Assembly: GCA_965219455.1 (NCBI GenBank)
Contig: OZ244744.1
Location: 2,752,001-2,816,000, forward strand
Length of the DNA stretch: 64,000 bases
Direction: 5' to 3'
From: Candidatus Latescibacterota bacterium
GTDB lineage: Bacteria; Latescibacterota; UBA2968; GCA-2709665
The translations under genes were made by a program, and so were the position numbers. Below are positions 18,286 through 29,373 of the stretch, in pieces. Within the stretch, counting starts at the first letter, position 1. Each line of letters begins with the position of its first letter. The notes beneath the pieces were generated by a model. That model saw nothing but the letters and a program-made list of their open reading frames with translations, made no database searches and was not told where the DNA came from.

Positions 18286-19215
18286 TCAGGAATCCCCAAG
18301 GACCTCGCCGGCTTCAATCCGGTACCCGCGCACCCATTCGGCGCCGCTCATCCGCCCCTTGCCCGCCGGTTGCACTTCTCCGAGCGCCACGGTTCTTTCA
18401 CCGGCGGCTACCACGCATCCCTTTCTCCCATCGGCCACGACCACCTCGCCGGGGCGCCCCGATCCGTCGGTGACCGCCGCGCGATGCACCTTCAGATATT
18501 CCCCTTTCCGGGTCGTAAACGCCCCTGGAAAGGGGTTGGTTCCGCGAACCAGATTGCAGATTGAAGCCGCGCAGCATGACCAGTCGATCCGCCCGTCCTC
18601 CTTCTCCAACCGGGGTGCCCTGGTGACCCCGGTTTCCGGCTGCGGCTTCGATGCCAATTCGTCTCTTTTCAGCCCTTCGACAACGTTCGCCAGCGCATCC
18701 GCCCCCAATATCCGCAAACGCTCCGAAAGCTCTCCGGCCGTCTCGTCAGGGCCGATACACACAGCCTGCCGGAACAGCAGATCCCCCGCGTCCACCCGCC
18801 TCGTGAGGCGGAATATGCTTAACCCCGTTTCAGTTTCTCCCCGGATGATCGCCCAGTTGATCGGGGCCGCCCCCCGATACTTCGGCAACAGAGACGGATG
18901 CAGGTTTACCGAGCCGAGCCGTGGAATCCTCAACAAGACCCGTGGCAATATTACAAACGCGACCACCACGAAAAGATCGGCGTCGAGGCGCCGAAGCCGC
19001 TCCAGAAAGTCCCGGGCTTCCAGAGAGTGCGGTTGCAAAACCGGAAGACCCAATCGATGGGCGGTTATCTTCACGGGAGGGGGCACCAGCTTTCGCCCGC
19101 GCCCCCTCGGCCGATCCGGTCGGGTCACGACCGCGGAGATCTCGTGGCCGCGAGCCGCCAGCCGCTCCAAAGACGGCACCGCGAAATCGGGCGTTCCCAT
19201 AAACACCAGCTTCAC
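18286..19215 (-). CDS. fmt: Methionyl-tRNA formyltransferase
   Basis: VFMGTPDFAV, VVTRPDRPRGRG, NLHPSLLPKYRGAAPI; GTG start at 19215. Confidence 0.96.
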   Translation of the reverse strand: MKLVFMGTPDFAVPSLERLAARGHEISAVVTRPDRPRGRGRKLVPPPVKITAHRLGLPVLQPHSLEARDFLERLRRLDADLFVVVAFVILPRVLLRIPRLGSVNLHPSLLPKYRGAAPINWAIIRGETETGLSIFRLTRRVDAGDLLFRQAVCIGPDETAGELSERLRILGADALANVVEGLKRDELASKPQPETGVTRAPRLEKEDGRIDWSCCAASICNLVRGTNPFPGAFTTRKGEYLKVHRAAVTDGSGRPGEVVVADGRKGCVVAAGERTVALGEVQPAGKGRMSGAEWVRGYRIEAGEVLGDS

Positions 19216-19282
19216 GACCGTCTCCAATCGGGGATCCGTTTCCGCCAATATCCCGCAAGCCCCATCCGGATCCAGTCCCTGA

Positions 19283-19609
19283 TCACTTTTCTTCCATAAC
19301 CCGGGAAACCGATCCCCTCGAAACCTCGAGGCGAACTTCCCTGGCAACCTGCACGACCAGAATACCAGCCTCTTCTTTCACGCCCACAATCGTCCCGTGA
19401 ACTCCCCCGGACGTCACGATTTTATCGCCCTTTTTCAGTGCATCGATCATCGCCTTCTGCGTCTTCTGCTTTTTGATCTGCGGGCGAAAGATCAACAGAT
19501 AAACGACGATGACCATTAATAACAACGGGAAAATCTGCACAAGAAATCCCGTCTGGGACCCATCGGACGACTGGCCGCCCATTGCGAATGCTTCGCTTAC
19601 ACCAAACAA
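19283..19609 (-). CDS. yajC: Preprotein translocase subunit YajC
   Basis: YLLIFRPQ.KKQK, LKKGDKIVTSGGVHGTI; downstream of tgt. Confidence 0.95.
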   Translation of the reverse strand: MFGVSEAFAMGGQSSDGSQTGFLVQIFPLLLMVIVVYLLIFRPQIKKQKTQKAMIDALKKGDKIVTSGGVHGTIVGVKEEAGILVVQVAREVRLEVSRGSVSRVMEEK

Positions 19610-19674
19610 AGGAACCCTCCTTTAAGGAATCAGAGACATAAATTGAACGGAGAATCACTACCGTTTCCGGACTA

Positions 19675-20871
<1,197 letters not shown>

Positions 20872-21057
20872 CTACGCTACGCGATTGCCACTGAGAAACG
20901 TATTTCAGCACCCGTTCTCTCTGGTTCGCCAGTGGACGCGTCTGTTTCGATTATCGTGCCGCGTGGCGTCCGAAGCTTCCTTTATGAGAAAACGCCTGGG
21001 CATGCGACAGGGTCATGCTCAACTGACAGAGGCGGTTCCCAGCCCAGGAGCAGCCCC

Positions 21058-21086
21058 AATATACCAAGCGTACAGCTGCAAGTCAA
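21058..21086 (-). promoter_or_regulatory. Putative sigma70 promoter for tgt-yajC-fmt
   Basis: Minus strand TTGACT-17 bp-TATATT, about 210 nt upstream of tgt. Confidence 0.6.
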
Positions 21087-21152
21087 CGGGTAATGAGTTT
21101 TTAACAGGGTCGGATCCATGCCGTGCCCATCGTATTAATCTTTGCCGATCTC

Positions 21153-22394
21153 TCACCTGACAGCTTCCCTGGCATCGATGAATACGATTCCGCGTTTTTC
21201 CAGTTCCGGCAGCGCGCTTTCGAGCGCCGCAAGCGTGGTGGGCTTTGCGCGTGCAATGCCGATCGCAGTTCCCGCAATGCCGGCCATTTCCGCCAGGGCC
21301 TCCACGGATCGTTCGACCGACTCCCGTGTGTCCTTCCGGTCCAGAAACATCGAGTTCCGGCTGGCCGGCATTCCCATTTCCTCTGCCACCTTATGGGCGA
21401 TCGAACGCGGATTGGTGAAGCTATCCACGAAAAAGAGACCATGGCGGTCCACTTCCTTCAACACCCTGCCGATGGCCGTCCGATCCGCCGTCAGCCGCGA
21501 CCCCATATGGTTGTTCAATCCCGTTGCCTGAGGCAGGGTCGCACGCGCCATCCGAATCAACGTCCTGATTTTTTCCGGGGGATGTTCCATCAACAGGGCG
21601 TTTGGACCCGGGTCAATGTGAGGATAGTTCAAGGGTTCCATAGACAAATACACCATTACTCCGTGCCCGGCCGCTGCCGCCTTTTCGGCAATCCAGGCGG
21701 TTTTTTCGAGACCCGGAAAGATCGAGAACGTAATCGTCTGTTTCAACGCGCAGAATCCCCGAATCAATGCTTCGTTCTGATGTCCGAAATCGACCACGAT
21801 AATGGCGATTCGGCCCGGTTTTCGATCGAGTTGGGCGTTTCGTTTCAGCGTGATGAGATTGGTGCGCACGCCATCCAGGCCCACGACCATGGATAGCCTG
21901 GAACCCTTACGGTCCTCCACGGCTTCAACGACGTCGCCGCCCAGGCGCCGGGCAAGCCGGGTGAGTTCCAGATTGCAGACCGCCAACGGCAACCCGCCAG
22001 GTACGTCGAAGGTCATCACCCAGCGGGCGGTACTATCGGTCTGCGCCGCCGACCGCTTCTTTGACACGACCCCTTCCGGGACTCCGAGCCGTTGCAAAAC
22101 CTCTGGCGCCTGTGATACCACGGAATCTGCAAACGCCAGCGGCCCCGCCGGAAGCGTCCGACATTGCGCCTGTTGATTTAGAGCGATTTCCTGTTCATAT
22201 GTCGAGGCTTCCCGCGTGCGCCACCGCATCCAACCGGCCAGGCCGACCACCAACACCAGCACCAGCACGAATGCCAGGGTCCAGAGGCGTAACGACATTC
22301 GGCGGCGCCTGCGGGCCATCTTCTTTCGACGGGAACGCCTGGTCGGTCTTGGTACGCCCACGGTGCCGGAGCGCCTGCCGGGTGTCTTTGCCAT
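21153..22394 (-). CDS. Divergent polysaccharide deacetylase family (YibQ-like) membrane-anchored protein
   Basis: N-terminal TM, MEP, GLNNHMGS..T, FFVDS.T, FLD; some putative metal ligands substituted. Confidence 0.85.
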   Translation of the reverse strand: MAKTPGRRSGTVGVPRPTRRSRRKKMARRRRRMSLRLWTLAFVLVLVLVVGLAGWMRWRTREASTYEQEIALNQQAQCRTLPAGPLAFADSVVSQAPEVLQRLGVPEGVVSKKRSAAQTDSTARWVMTFDVPGGLPLAVCNLELTRLARRLGGDVVEAVEDRKGSRLSMVVGLDGVRTNLITLKRNAQLDRKPGRIAIIVVDFGHQNEALIRGFCALKQTITFSIFPGLEKTAWIAEKAAAAGHGVMVYLSMEPLNYPHIDPGPNALLMEHPPEKIRTLIRMARATLPQATGLNNHMGSRLTADRTAIGRVLKEVDRHGLFFVDSFTNPRSIAHKVAEEMGMPASRNSMFLDRKDTRESVERSVEALAEMAGIAGTAIGIARAKPTTLAALESALPELEKRGIVFIDAREAVR

Positions 22395-22572
22395 AGGAAA
22401 GTAAAAAAAAGAGAAACGGGTCAGGCCGACCGGAAAACGAGGCGGCACAGAGAAACGACGCCCGGTTTACTTCCTGATTGACCGGCGCGGAAATATAAAC
22501 GGATTCAATGGAGGGGAGAACTGTAGAGTCTTTATTCCGAAGATGGGGAGATGGAGCCGGTCCTTGAAATAT

Positions 22573-23574
22573 TCAAGGCGTCGCAAAACTGATGGGCCGT
22601 GGCACAAAACAAAGCAGGAAGATGACCAGAGAAACATATCCCATCAGTTTTCGAGACGGATCGAGACCCATATTGGGGTCGCCCGGCGGGGAATGCCGGC
22701 GCCCCAGCACCAACGCGATGAGTATCCAGATCAGCCATCCCGGCCACCGGGTATCGAGCCAGGTCGAAAAACCATTTTGGACGTACAGCCAGTCATAGGG
22801 CGGCCCCAGCGCCCACAAGGCGCCAAGAATGACCAGCGCCACCTTCGAAACCAGCGCGTGAACGCGCGCTCCACCGAAGGCATACACAATATGCCCGCCG
22901 TCGAACTGACCCACCGGCATCAGATTCAGCGCGGTCACGAAGAGACCCAGCCAGCCGGCCACGAAGATCGGATGATCGTAAATCGCAAATCCTTCAGGAA
23001 GGTCCCCGATAATCTGATTCGTCAGCCAGCCGCCCAGAATGGAATTGCCGAGTGAAATCCCGCCCTCGGCAAACGTTGAGACGGGCACGATTTCCGAAAG
23101 AAGCAATCCGACGACCAGGGCGAGCAGGGCAACGACAAAGCCCGCAAGCGGTCCGGACGCCCCGATGTCCATCAGCGCGCGCCGATTCGGAATGCGGGAC
23201 TTGATCTTGATTACCGCACCCATGGTACCAATCATTGACGGAAAGGGAATGAAATAGGGCAGGGTTGCCTGCACCATCCAGCGGCGTGAAGTGAGATAAT
23301 GCCCCATCTCGTGGATACCCAGGATCAGAAGCAGTGTTCCGGAAAACGGAAGTCCCAGAATCAAGTATTTCGGATTCCAGAGCAGTGCCGTCGAAAGGAA
23401 GTCCGGCGGTAAGGATTCCGGTGAAACCGCCATACGCATGGAAACCGCCATCTGCACACCCGCCGCTGTCGTCGTGTACGCGGTCAGGGCGAACAACACC
23501 ACGTTGAGCCAGATGCGGTCTTTCGGGGGCTCCGTGTTTATCTGGCGATGTATCGACGTTCCCGAATCGTCCAC
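22573..23574 (-). CDS. Site-2 protease (peptidase M50)
   Basis: HEMGH, PYFIP, IGASGPLAG, LNLMPVGQFDGGH; start uncertain (23574 or 23625). Confidence 0.92.
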   Translation of the reverse strand: MDDSGTSIHRQINTEPPKDRIWLNVVLFALTAYTTTAAGVQMAVSMRMAVSPESLPPDFLSTALLWNPKYLILGLPFSGTLLLILGIHEMGHYLTSRRWMVQATLPYFIPFPSMIGTMGAVIKIKSRIPNRRALMDIGASGPLAGFVVALLALVVGLLLSEIVPVSTFAEGGISLGNSILGGWLTNQIIGDLPEGFAIYDHPIFVAGWLGLFVTALNLMPVGQFDGGHIVYAFGGARVHALVSKVALVILGALWALGPPYDWLYVQNGFSTWLDTRWPGWLIWILIALVLGRRHSPPGDPNMGLDPSRKLMGYVSLVIFLLCFVPRPISFATP

Positions 23575-23696
23575 GCGCCAACCCCCATCGTTCGCATCGC
23601 CTGCCAATTTGCAGCCTCCGTACAATCACGCTGAATTCACTGCGTTGTTCCGTTACGTAGCGCGCTCACCTGCAGCGCGAGTGGATTCCACGCCGG

Positions 23697-24593
23697 TCAC
23701 CTGAATCCGAATTCGAGCCGATGGGAACCGGCCAGTCCCAATGCGGCAGGGACATAGGCATATTCGATCCGCCAGCCGCCGGGCTGGATTCCGAGCCCGA
23801 AGGACCAGTCGCGGATGTCGATCCCCGAACGGTAACCGGCCCGAAGGCACAGGGCTCCTTTCAACCTGAATTCCAGGCCCGAATGCACTCCCATGGAGCC
23901 GTGCCGGGGCGCGCTCAGATCGAAAGAACCCGTCAATCGCCTGGTCTGCCAGGCAATTCCGGCTTGAAACGTCTCCGGTAAGGGCGTTCTCTCAACATCC
24001 AGCACCTCCATCCGTCCCAGGTTCCGATAGCTGGCACCCACGGTCAGGCGCTCATCATCAAAGCGGTAGAGCACCCCGAAATCCACGCTGAATCCCGAAG
24101 CCCGTTCAGGGCCGATGGCTTCGTGCAGACCCCGCACGGTTGTTCCCCCGAAAAATCCCCCTTTGATCCGCTTCGCATAGGATAACCCGGCGTTGATCTC
24201 GTAGATGCCGAATGTACCGGATGGTTGCGCGGATGGCCCCGTCCGCGCCTCGATTCCACCCACCGAATAGATCCCCAGGCTGAGGGCCACGCCGGCACGC
24301 GTATTTCCATAGGCCCACCCACCGTACGTCTGTTGGATCTCCTGGAATGAACTGTGATGTGTGACCAGAAAGTCCTTACCCTGAAGCGCACCGATGGCCG
24401 CCGGATTCCAGGCCGCCGCCGTCTGATCGCCAACAACCGCCGTATACGCGCCGCCCATTGCCTCCGCGCGAGCGCCTACCCCCTCCCGAAGCAGCACAAA
24501 TCCCGCACCCTTTCCGGATGCCTCCGCCCGGCCTGTCGATCCGAAAACCATTACGAGACCGCAGACCCACAATATCCGCCTGAAAAACCTCAC
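23697..24593 (-). CDS. PorV/PorQ-family outer-membrane beta-barrel protein
   Basis: Signal peptide, GARAEAMGGAYTAV..D..A..WNPA, DFG.LY, LRAGY, YAY, C-terminal H.L.FGF. Confidence 0.8.
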   Translation of the reverse strand: MRFFRRILWVCGLVMVFGSTGRAEASGKGAGFVLLREGVGARAEAMGGAYTAVVGDQTAAAWNPAAIGALQGKDFLVTHHSSFQEIQQTYGGWAYGNTRAGVALSLGIYSVGGIEARTGPSAQPSGTFGIYEINAGLSYAKRIKGGFFGGTTVRGLHEAIGPERASGFSVDFGVLYRFDDERLTVGASYRNLGRMEVLDVERTPLPETFQAGIAWQTRRLTGSFDLSAPRHGSMGVHSGLEFRLKGALCLRAGYRSGIDIRDWSFGLGIQPGGWRIEYAYVPAALGLAGSHRLEFGFR

Positions 24594-24699
24594 GACATTC
24601 TCCTTGACCCTGGTGTCCCGTCGGTTGTCAATTCTCTCAAACTTTAAACAAAGCCGGTGAAAGAGTCAATATCCAAAGGAGGGAAATTGTGCAAAACGT

Positions 24700-25716
24700 C
24701 TATTGCAAGCCCACATCGTGCCGATTTTCATCGGCGGCTTTCTGAATGCCGAGTACCGTTCTTGCGGCGCGAATCACCGATTCGGTGCACCGTTCGCCCT
24801 CTTCGGCCTCCCCCCGGATATCCTTCAGGAATGCCTGTAGATATCCTCCGGACCGATCTTCCGGTATCGAGCGCGTTTCCACCCGCTCCGAATCCTTCCA
24901 GGCAACCTGAATCGTATTCAGCGTGGTACCGGCCTCGAGCACACCCTCCCGCCCCCAGAACGTGTACCGCCAGTAGAACGGCAGTGAATACCCGCCTCTA
25001 TCAGGCATGAAATACGACACGTCTCCCAGCACACCGCATCCGTTGTCCATTGTCAACATCATCTGCGCTCCGTCTCGAAAATCCGGAAACTCCGGCGCAA
25101 AGGCATTCCAGCACCTGGCGGCGTTGACCGTTTCAAATTCCAGACCGGTTATCCACGGAAGACAGTCAATTGCGTGTATGGCGAGGTCGTTTATGGTCCC
25201 GCCGTGCTTGCCATCCTCGAAGTACCAACCCGGCCGCGACCCCAGCATCAGCGGATGCTGACCGCCAAATGAAATCGCGTGGACCTCCCCGATCGTTCCC
25301 TCCTGAATCATGTTCCGCGCCCCGATCGTCTGTCCGTGATCCCGCATCGACAGCATGCACCCGACCCTCAAATCCCGCTCGCGGGCGATTCTTTCGATTT
25401 CGTCCAACTCGTCCAACCTCGTGCAGAGCGGTTTATCCACGATGACATGCTTGCCCTCGTTCAATGCGTGAATGGCCGCGCCGCCCCGCCGGGCGAAATA
25501 GTCCCCGATCGCCACCACGTCGCAATCCACTTCGTCCAGCATCCGCGCGGGGTCCGAGTGCGTGACCTTTACACCCGCCCCCTCTGCCGCCGCACGCGCC
25601 GCGTCATCCGCTTCGCAGGCAGCCACCACCTCCATGTCCTCCCGCGCGATTGCCCGTTTGTGCAGATCGTGAATATGCGCATGTCGAAATCCTACAAAAG
25701 CAAACCGAACCGACAT
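24700..25716 (-). CDS. Gfo/Idh/MocA oxidoreductase
   Basis: GKHVIVDKP, GGTINDLAIH. Confidence 0.88.
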   Translation of the reverse strand: MSVRFAFVGFRHAHIHDLHKRAIAREDMEVVAACEADDAARAAAEGAGVKVTHSDPARMLDEVDCDVVAIGDYFARRGGAAIHALNEGKHVIVDKPLCTRLDELDEIERIARERDLRVGCMLSMRDHGQTIGARNMIQEGTIGEVHAISFGGQHPLMLGSRPGWYFEDGKHGGTINDLAIHAIDCLPWITGLEFETVNAARCWNAFAPEFPDFRDGAQMMLTMDNGCGVLGDVSYFMPDRGGYSLPFYWRYTFWGREGVLEAGTTLNTIQVAWKDSERVETRSIPEDRSGGYLQAFLKDIRGEAEEGERCTESVIRAARTVLGIQKAADENRHDVGLQ

Positions 25717-25922
25717 ATCGCCTCCCAGTATTGGCAGTGAAGATTCCCGTAGCTTATGTTTTTCGCTTTGGTGCGACCGGTTCTTGCCTTACTATTTGTA
25801 AGATACACCGTACGGATCGATCCACGACACATAAATTGATCGTTAAAGGCCGCCGAGCAAGTTATCCCCGGAAGAGGGACCGACACCAGTTCAGACCCGA
25901 ATCTTAAGATCGAGGTGCCGCT

Positions 25923-26762
25923 ATGCCGAATCAACTCACCCAACAGCAACTGGCCTTTTTCGAAACGTTCGGCTACCTGCGCCTGCCAGGGCTGATGTCC
26001 GATGTTATCGAAGACATCATCAGCGTATTCGAGCAGGTCTGGACGAACCACGGCGGCGGACACCATGGAACGCCGCACGACGAAGAACGGCGGTCCTGCA
26101 TCGTGCCGTTTCTCGACCAGCACGAGCGCCTCTGTGCCCTGCTGGACGATCCCCGCATCAACGGTCTGCTCGCCGATCTACTCGGTTCCGATTACAACTA
26201 CGTCGGTTCCGACGGCAACTACTACGCCGGCGATACCGTCTGGCATTCCGACGGTTGGGGCAAAACCGTTCGTTTTGTCAAAATCGCCTTCTACCTCGAT
26301 CCCATTACCCGGAACACCGGCTGCCTGCGCGTCATCCCCGGAAGCCATATCCTGGAAGATCGCTTTGCCCGGGCCGTCCAGGAACAGGTCCGGGAGTCCG
26401 TAAGCAACTGGGGCGTCGAAGGCAATGACCTCCTTCCGGGGGTCGCGTTGGAGACCCGACCCGGAGATATCGCCGTCTTCAACCACAACCTCAAACACGC
26501 CGCCTTCGGCGGCAGCCCCAGGAGACGCATGTTCACCATCAACTGTTCTCAGCGTTTTCCGGAGCACAGAATCGAAGATTTCAAGAATTATATATCTGGC
26601 CATGCCCGCTTCTGGATTGACCGTCTTTACGGCGAGACCATGGTTGCAACCGCCGGCCCCGAACGCAGAATCCACCTCGAACAGGGCATGGCTCACGACG
26701 GCCACCTGGCCGAACTGGCCGCCAGGGCCCGGAAGGAAATGCACGAGCCCTCTCGCGGCTGA
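25923..26762 (+). CDS. Phytanoyl-CoA dioxygenase (PhyH) family
   Basis: LTQQQLAFFETFGYL, WHSD, GCLRVIPGSH, PGDIAVFNHNLKHA. Confidence 0.9.
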   Translation: MPNQLTQQQLAFFETFGYLRLPGLMSDVIEDIISVFEQVWTNHGGGHHGTPHDEERRSCIVPFLDQHERLCALLDDPRINGLLADLLGSDYNYVGSDGNYYAGDTVWHSDGWGKTVRFVKIAFYLDPITRNTGCLRVIPGSHILEDRFARAVQEQVRESVSNWGVEGNDLLPGVALETRPGDIAVFNHNLKHAAFGGSPRRRMFTINCSQRFPEHRIEDFKNYISGHARFWIDRLYGETMVATAGPERRIHLEQGMAHDGHLAELAARARKEMHEPSRG

Positions 26763-26805
26763 ATGGCGCGGGCGATGGTAAAGAAACGGCCGCATTTCCG
26801 TTTCT

Positions 26806-28068
26806 TTATTCGATATATCCCAGGCTTCTCAATCTTTCGGCCAAAAGATTCGCCTCGGCCTGGGTGGTTTCCTGCGCGTGAAGGTGTTTGTACTTCGACC
26901 CGTTCAGGATCTCGTTCCGAGAAGCCCTGTACGGTCCGGGATCATTGCACGGCGCGTCCGCACCGCTGAACACATCCCGCAGCACATAGTCCCCGCCGCC
27001 CGCCCGTTCTCTGTAAAACACCCGTCCGTCCGTAATAGACCACATGTGTAAACCACCGACGTCCCGCTTCAGTTCCACGCCATCCATGGCCACACGGGAC
27101 GTCACCCGTTCGTGGGCCGCCTCCAGGTTTCCCGCATTCAGAAATCCGGAGCCGTAGGAATTGTCGAGTTCCGAATACACCCAGCGGCGCCGAAGAGAAC
27201 CCTCGTTGGCAAGCAAGTCACGACCATATCCTTTATACTCTTCCGTGATTCCGGCCAGGTTCAGGATTGTCGGAAAAAGATCGATCGTGGAGAGGGGCTC
27301 CTCAGGCAATTTCAGTCTATCGTGTTCGGGAACGGAGACCAGCAGCGGAACGTGGATCACATTTTCGTGCAGGAAATCTCCGTGCGCCATCACCTCGTCG
27401 CAGAACCCCTCTCCATGATCGCCTAAAACAAACACCGCCCATTCGTCCAGTTTCACGCGCTTCAAAATCTCCACGAGTAAGAATTCCTGCACGTGCGTCA
27501 CGGCCGCATAATAAAACCGCAGCGCCTCCTCCACCCTTCCGGCGTCCACCAGCGCTTTCAAATTCGGCGTTCCGGGGATCCCCCTCGCCCCGTACCCGCC
27601 ATGTGTATACCAGAAATGCAAAAAACAAAACCGGGGCCGATCCTCTCCTTCGAACGCCGAATGCAACAGATCTTCGATTGAACCGAGGTGCTGTTCCTTC
27701 GCACGGGGATCCATGGGTCCGATAAACCGTTCATAGTCCAGAAACCGAAACACGTCCATCCGCTCCGACCGGCCATGGATTTCAAACCCCGCATCCGAGA
27801 ACAGCTGAAACAGATTCGGAATCCCGGCGAACATCTTCAGATAAGTCTGCCCGCATAATCCGTGCTCAAACGGGTACAACCCTGTAAACATGGACGTGTG
27901 AGACGGGCGCGTAGCGGGGGCCGTCACAAAAAACCGCTCTCCGAACGCGAAATCCCTGGTCAACAGGTCGAATTTGGGCGTGTTCAGCCGGTTATTGACC
28001 CGGCTTATCGCATCGTACCGAAGGCAGTCGACGGATATCAGCAGAAACTTATCGACATGACGTCCCAT
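26806..28068 (-). CDS. Sulfatase-like/alkaline phosphatase superfamily protein (Thr at nucleophile position)
   Basis: LISVDCLRYD, TRPSHTSMFTGLYP..HG, GDHGE, HVPL, C-terminal ERLRSLGYIE. Confidence 0.85.
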   Translation of the reverse strand: MGRHVDKFLLISVDCLRYDAISRVNNRLNTPKFDLLTRDFAFGERFFVTAPATRPSHTSMFTGLYPFEHGLCGQTYLKMFAGIPNLFQLFSDAGFEIHGRSERMDVFRFLDYERFIGPMDPRAKEQHLGSIEDLLHSAFEGEDRPRFCFLHFWYTHGGYGARGIPGTPNLKALVDAGRVEEALRFYYAAVTHVQEFLLVEILKRVKLDEWAVFVLGDHGEGFCDEVMAHGDFLHENVIHVPLLVSVPEHDRLKLPEEPLSTIDLFPTILNLAGITEEYKGYGRDLLANEGSLRRRWVYSELDNSYGSGFLNAGNLEAAHERVTSRVAMDGVELKRDVGGLHMWSITDGRVFYRERAGGGDYVLRDVFSGADAPCNDPGPYRASRNEILNGSKYKHLHAQETTQAEANLLAERLRSLGYIE

Positions 28069-28275
28069 GGACGACTCTTTCTCGCGCAAAGAAAAACAAT
28101 TGAAACGGATCCAGGAGGCGGAATCCTTTACAGGCCTCCTCTTCTCCGGAGCCAGGATCCTAATTAAGTCCGGATTACAACATTTGGCAAGTACATCCAT
28201 CCCGTTCTATTCATACGTTGACAACCGCCGAATCCCGTTTATCATGAGCGAGGCCCTTCTAATACGAGAATCAAC

Positions 28276-29355
28276 ATGCATCAGACAGAACGCGGCTTTG
28301 ACCTGCGCGGCACCCTTGAATGCGGGTGGAACCTCTTTTGTCGCAAGGGATATTCGAATCATCCACGGGACATATCCGTCAATCGCGCTTATATGGACCA
28401 CCTTGCCGAGTCCGGCCTCAATCGCCTCGTGGTGTTCTGGGCCAACGCCAGGGGTTTTTCCGACGCCTGGTGTGAAGCGGTCGAATATGCCCATGCCGTC
28501 GGTCTCAAACTCATACGTGCCATTTACGGATTCAGCGGAGGTGGTTCCGAGTACACCATGGCGGAACCGGACGCGCCGGTGCACCTGCTCAGGCGAGGCG
28601 CCAGGGGTCCGAATACCGCCCTCTGTCCCCACGACGCCGAATCTCGCGCCTGGATGGGCGACATACTGGGGGAGCGCCTTGCGCCGGGCGTGGACGGCAT
28701 CGACATCGAACCCGCCAGGGAAATCGGGCGCAACTGTATTTGCGAACGCTGTCGTGCCCTCCGCCCCCTTCAATGGGACGCGCTTGTGATCGGCTTTCTC
28801 GCGGAACGTATCCACGCCCTCAAGCCGGACGCCGAAATTCTCCTGCACCTGAGTATGGCGCCCGATAAAACCGGAAAACAGCAGATGTCTCGGGACCTCC
28901 GGTGTCTGCCCGAATCCATCCGCCACATCTTTGCGTGGGGCGCGGACGACGAAGCAAGCCTCGTTGACTGGCTGGACGCAGATTCCAGATTCGAACACTT
29001 TGCCAAACTGGGTCGTGTCCTCCTGTTCCCGGACGGCACGCCCGCCGGCCTTCCCGTCGAGGAACGCGTCGCACGTACTTTTCGATGGTGCAGGCTGGCC
29101 GCGGACCGGGGCAAGACCGGATACCTCTTTGACTACCGCATCTTCGGTGGAAGGGAATGGCAGGGGCACGAAACCGATGTTCCCCATACCCGGCGGGGGA
29201 GTACACGACCCGCCTCCATAGCCCTTATGGGTGCGGCAATGAACAATCCCTATCTGGATGAGGACGGACGGCTTGAACTCATCGCCCGCCTGAAGTCCGA
29301 ATGCGACTGGGATCTGGAAGATCCCGCGCGCTTCTACAAATCACCCGCAGCATAA
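28276..29355 (+). CDS. Hypothetical glycoside-hydrolase-like TIM-barrel protein
   Basis: GLN.LV, VEYAH.VGLK, LCP, VDGIDIE, CICERC pattern typical of GHL-type barrels; no signal peptide. Confidence 0.6.
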   Translation: MHQTERGFDLRGTLECGWNLFCRKGYSNHPRDISVNRAYMDHLAESGLNRLVVFWANARGFSDAWCEAVEYAHAVGLKLIRAIYGFSGGGSEYTMAEPDAPVHLLRRGARGPNTALCPHDAESRAWMGDILGERLAPGVDGIDIEPAREIGRNCICERCRALRPLQWDALVIGFLAERIHALKPDAEILLHLSMAPDKTGKQQMSRDLRCLPESIRHIFAWGADDEASLVDWLDADSRFEHFAKLGRVLLFPDGTPAGLPVEERVARTFRWCRLAADRGKTGYLFDYRIFGGREWQGHETDVPHTRRGSTRPASIALMGAAMNNPYLDEDGRLELIARLKSECDWDLEDPARFYKSPAA

Positions 29356-29373
29356 ACTCTCCCATTCATTTCA

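Noticed and set aside
20990-21057. tRNA/tmRNA-like start GGGGCTG on the minus strand
   Set aside because: No T-loop GTTCRA, cloverleaf or CCA end found
23697-24593. Type IX secretion system inferred from the PorV-like gene
   Set aside because: No other T9SS components in the window; stand-alone PorV/PorQ-like barrels are common in FCB lineages
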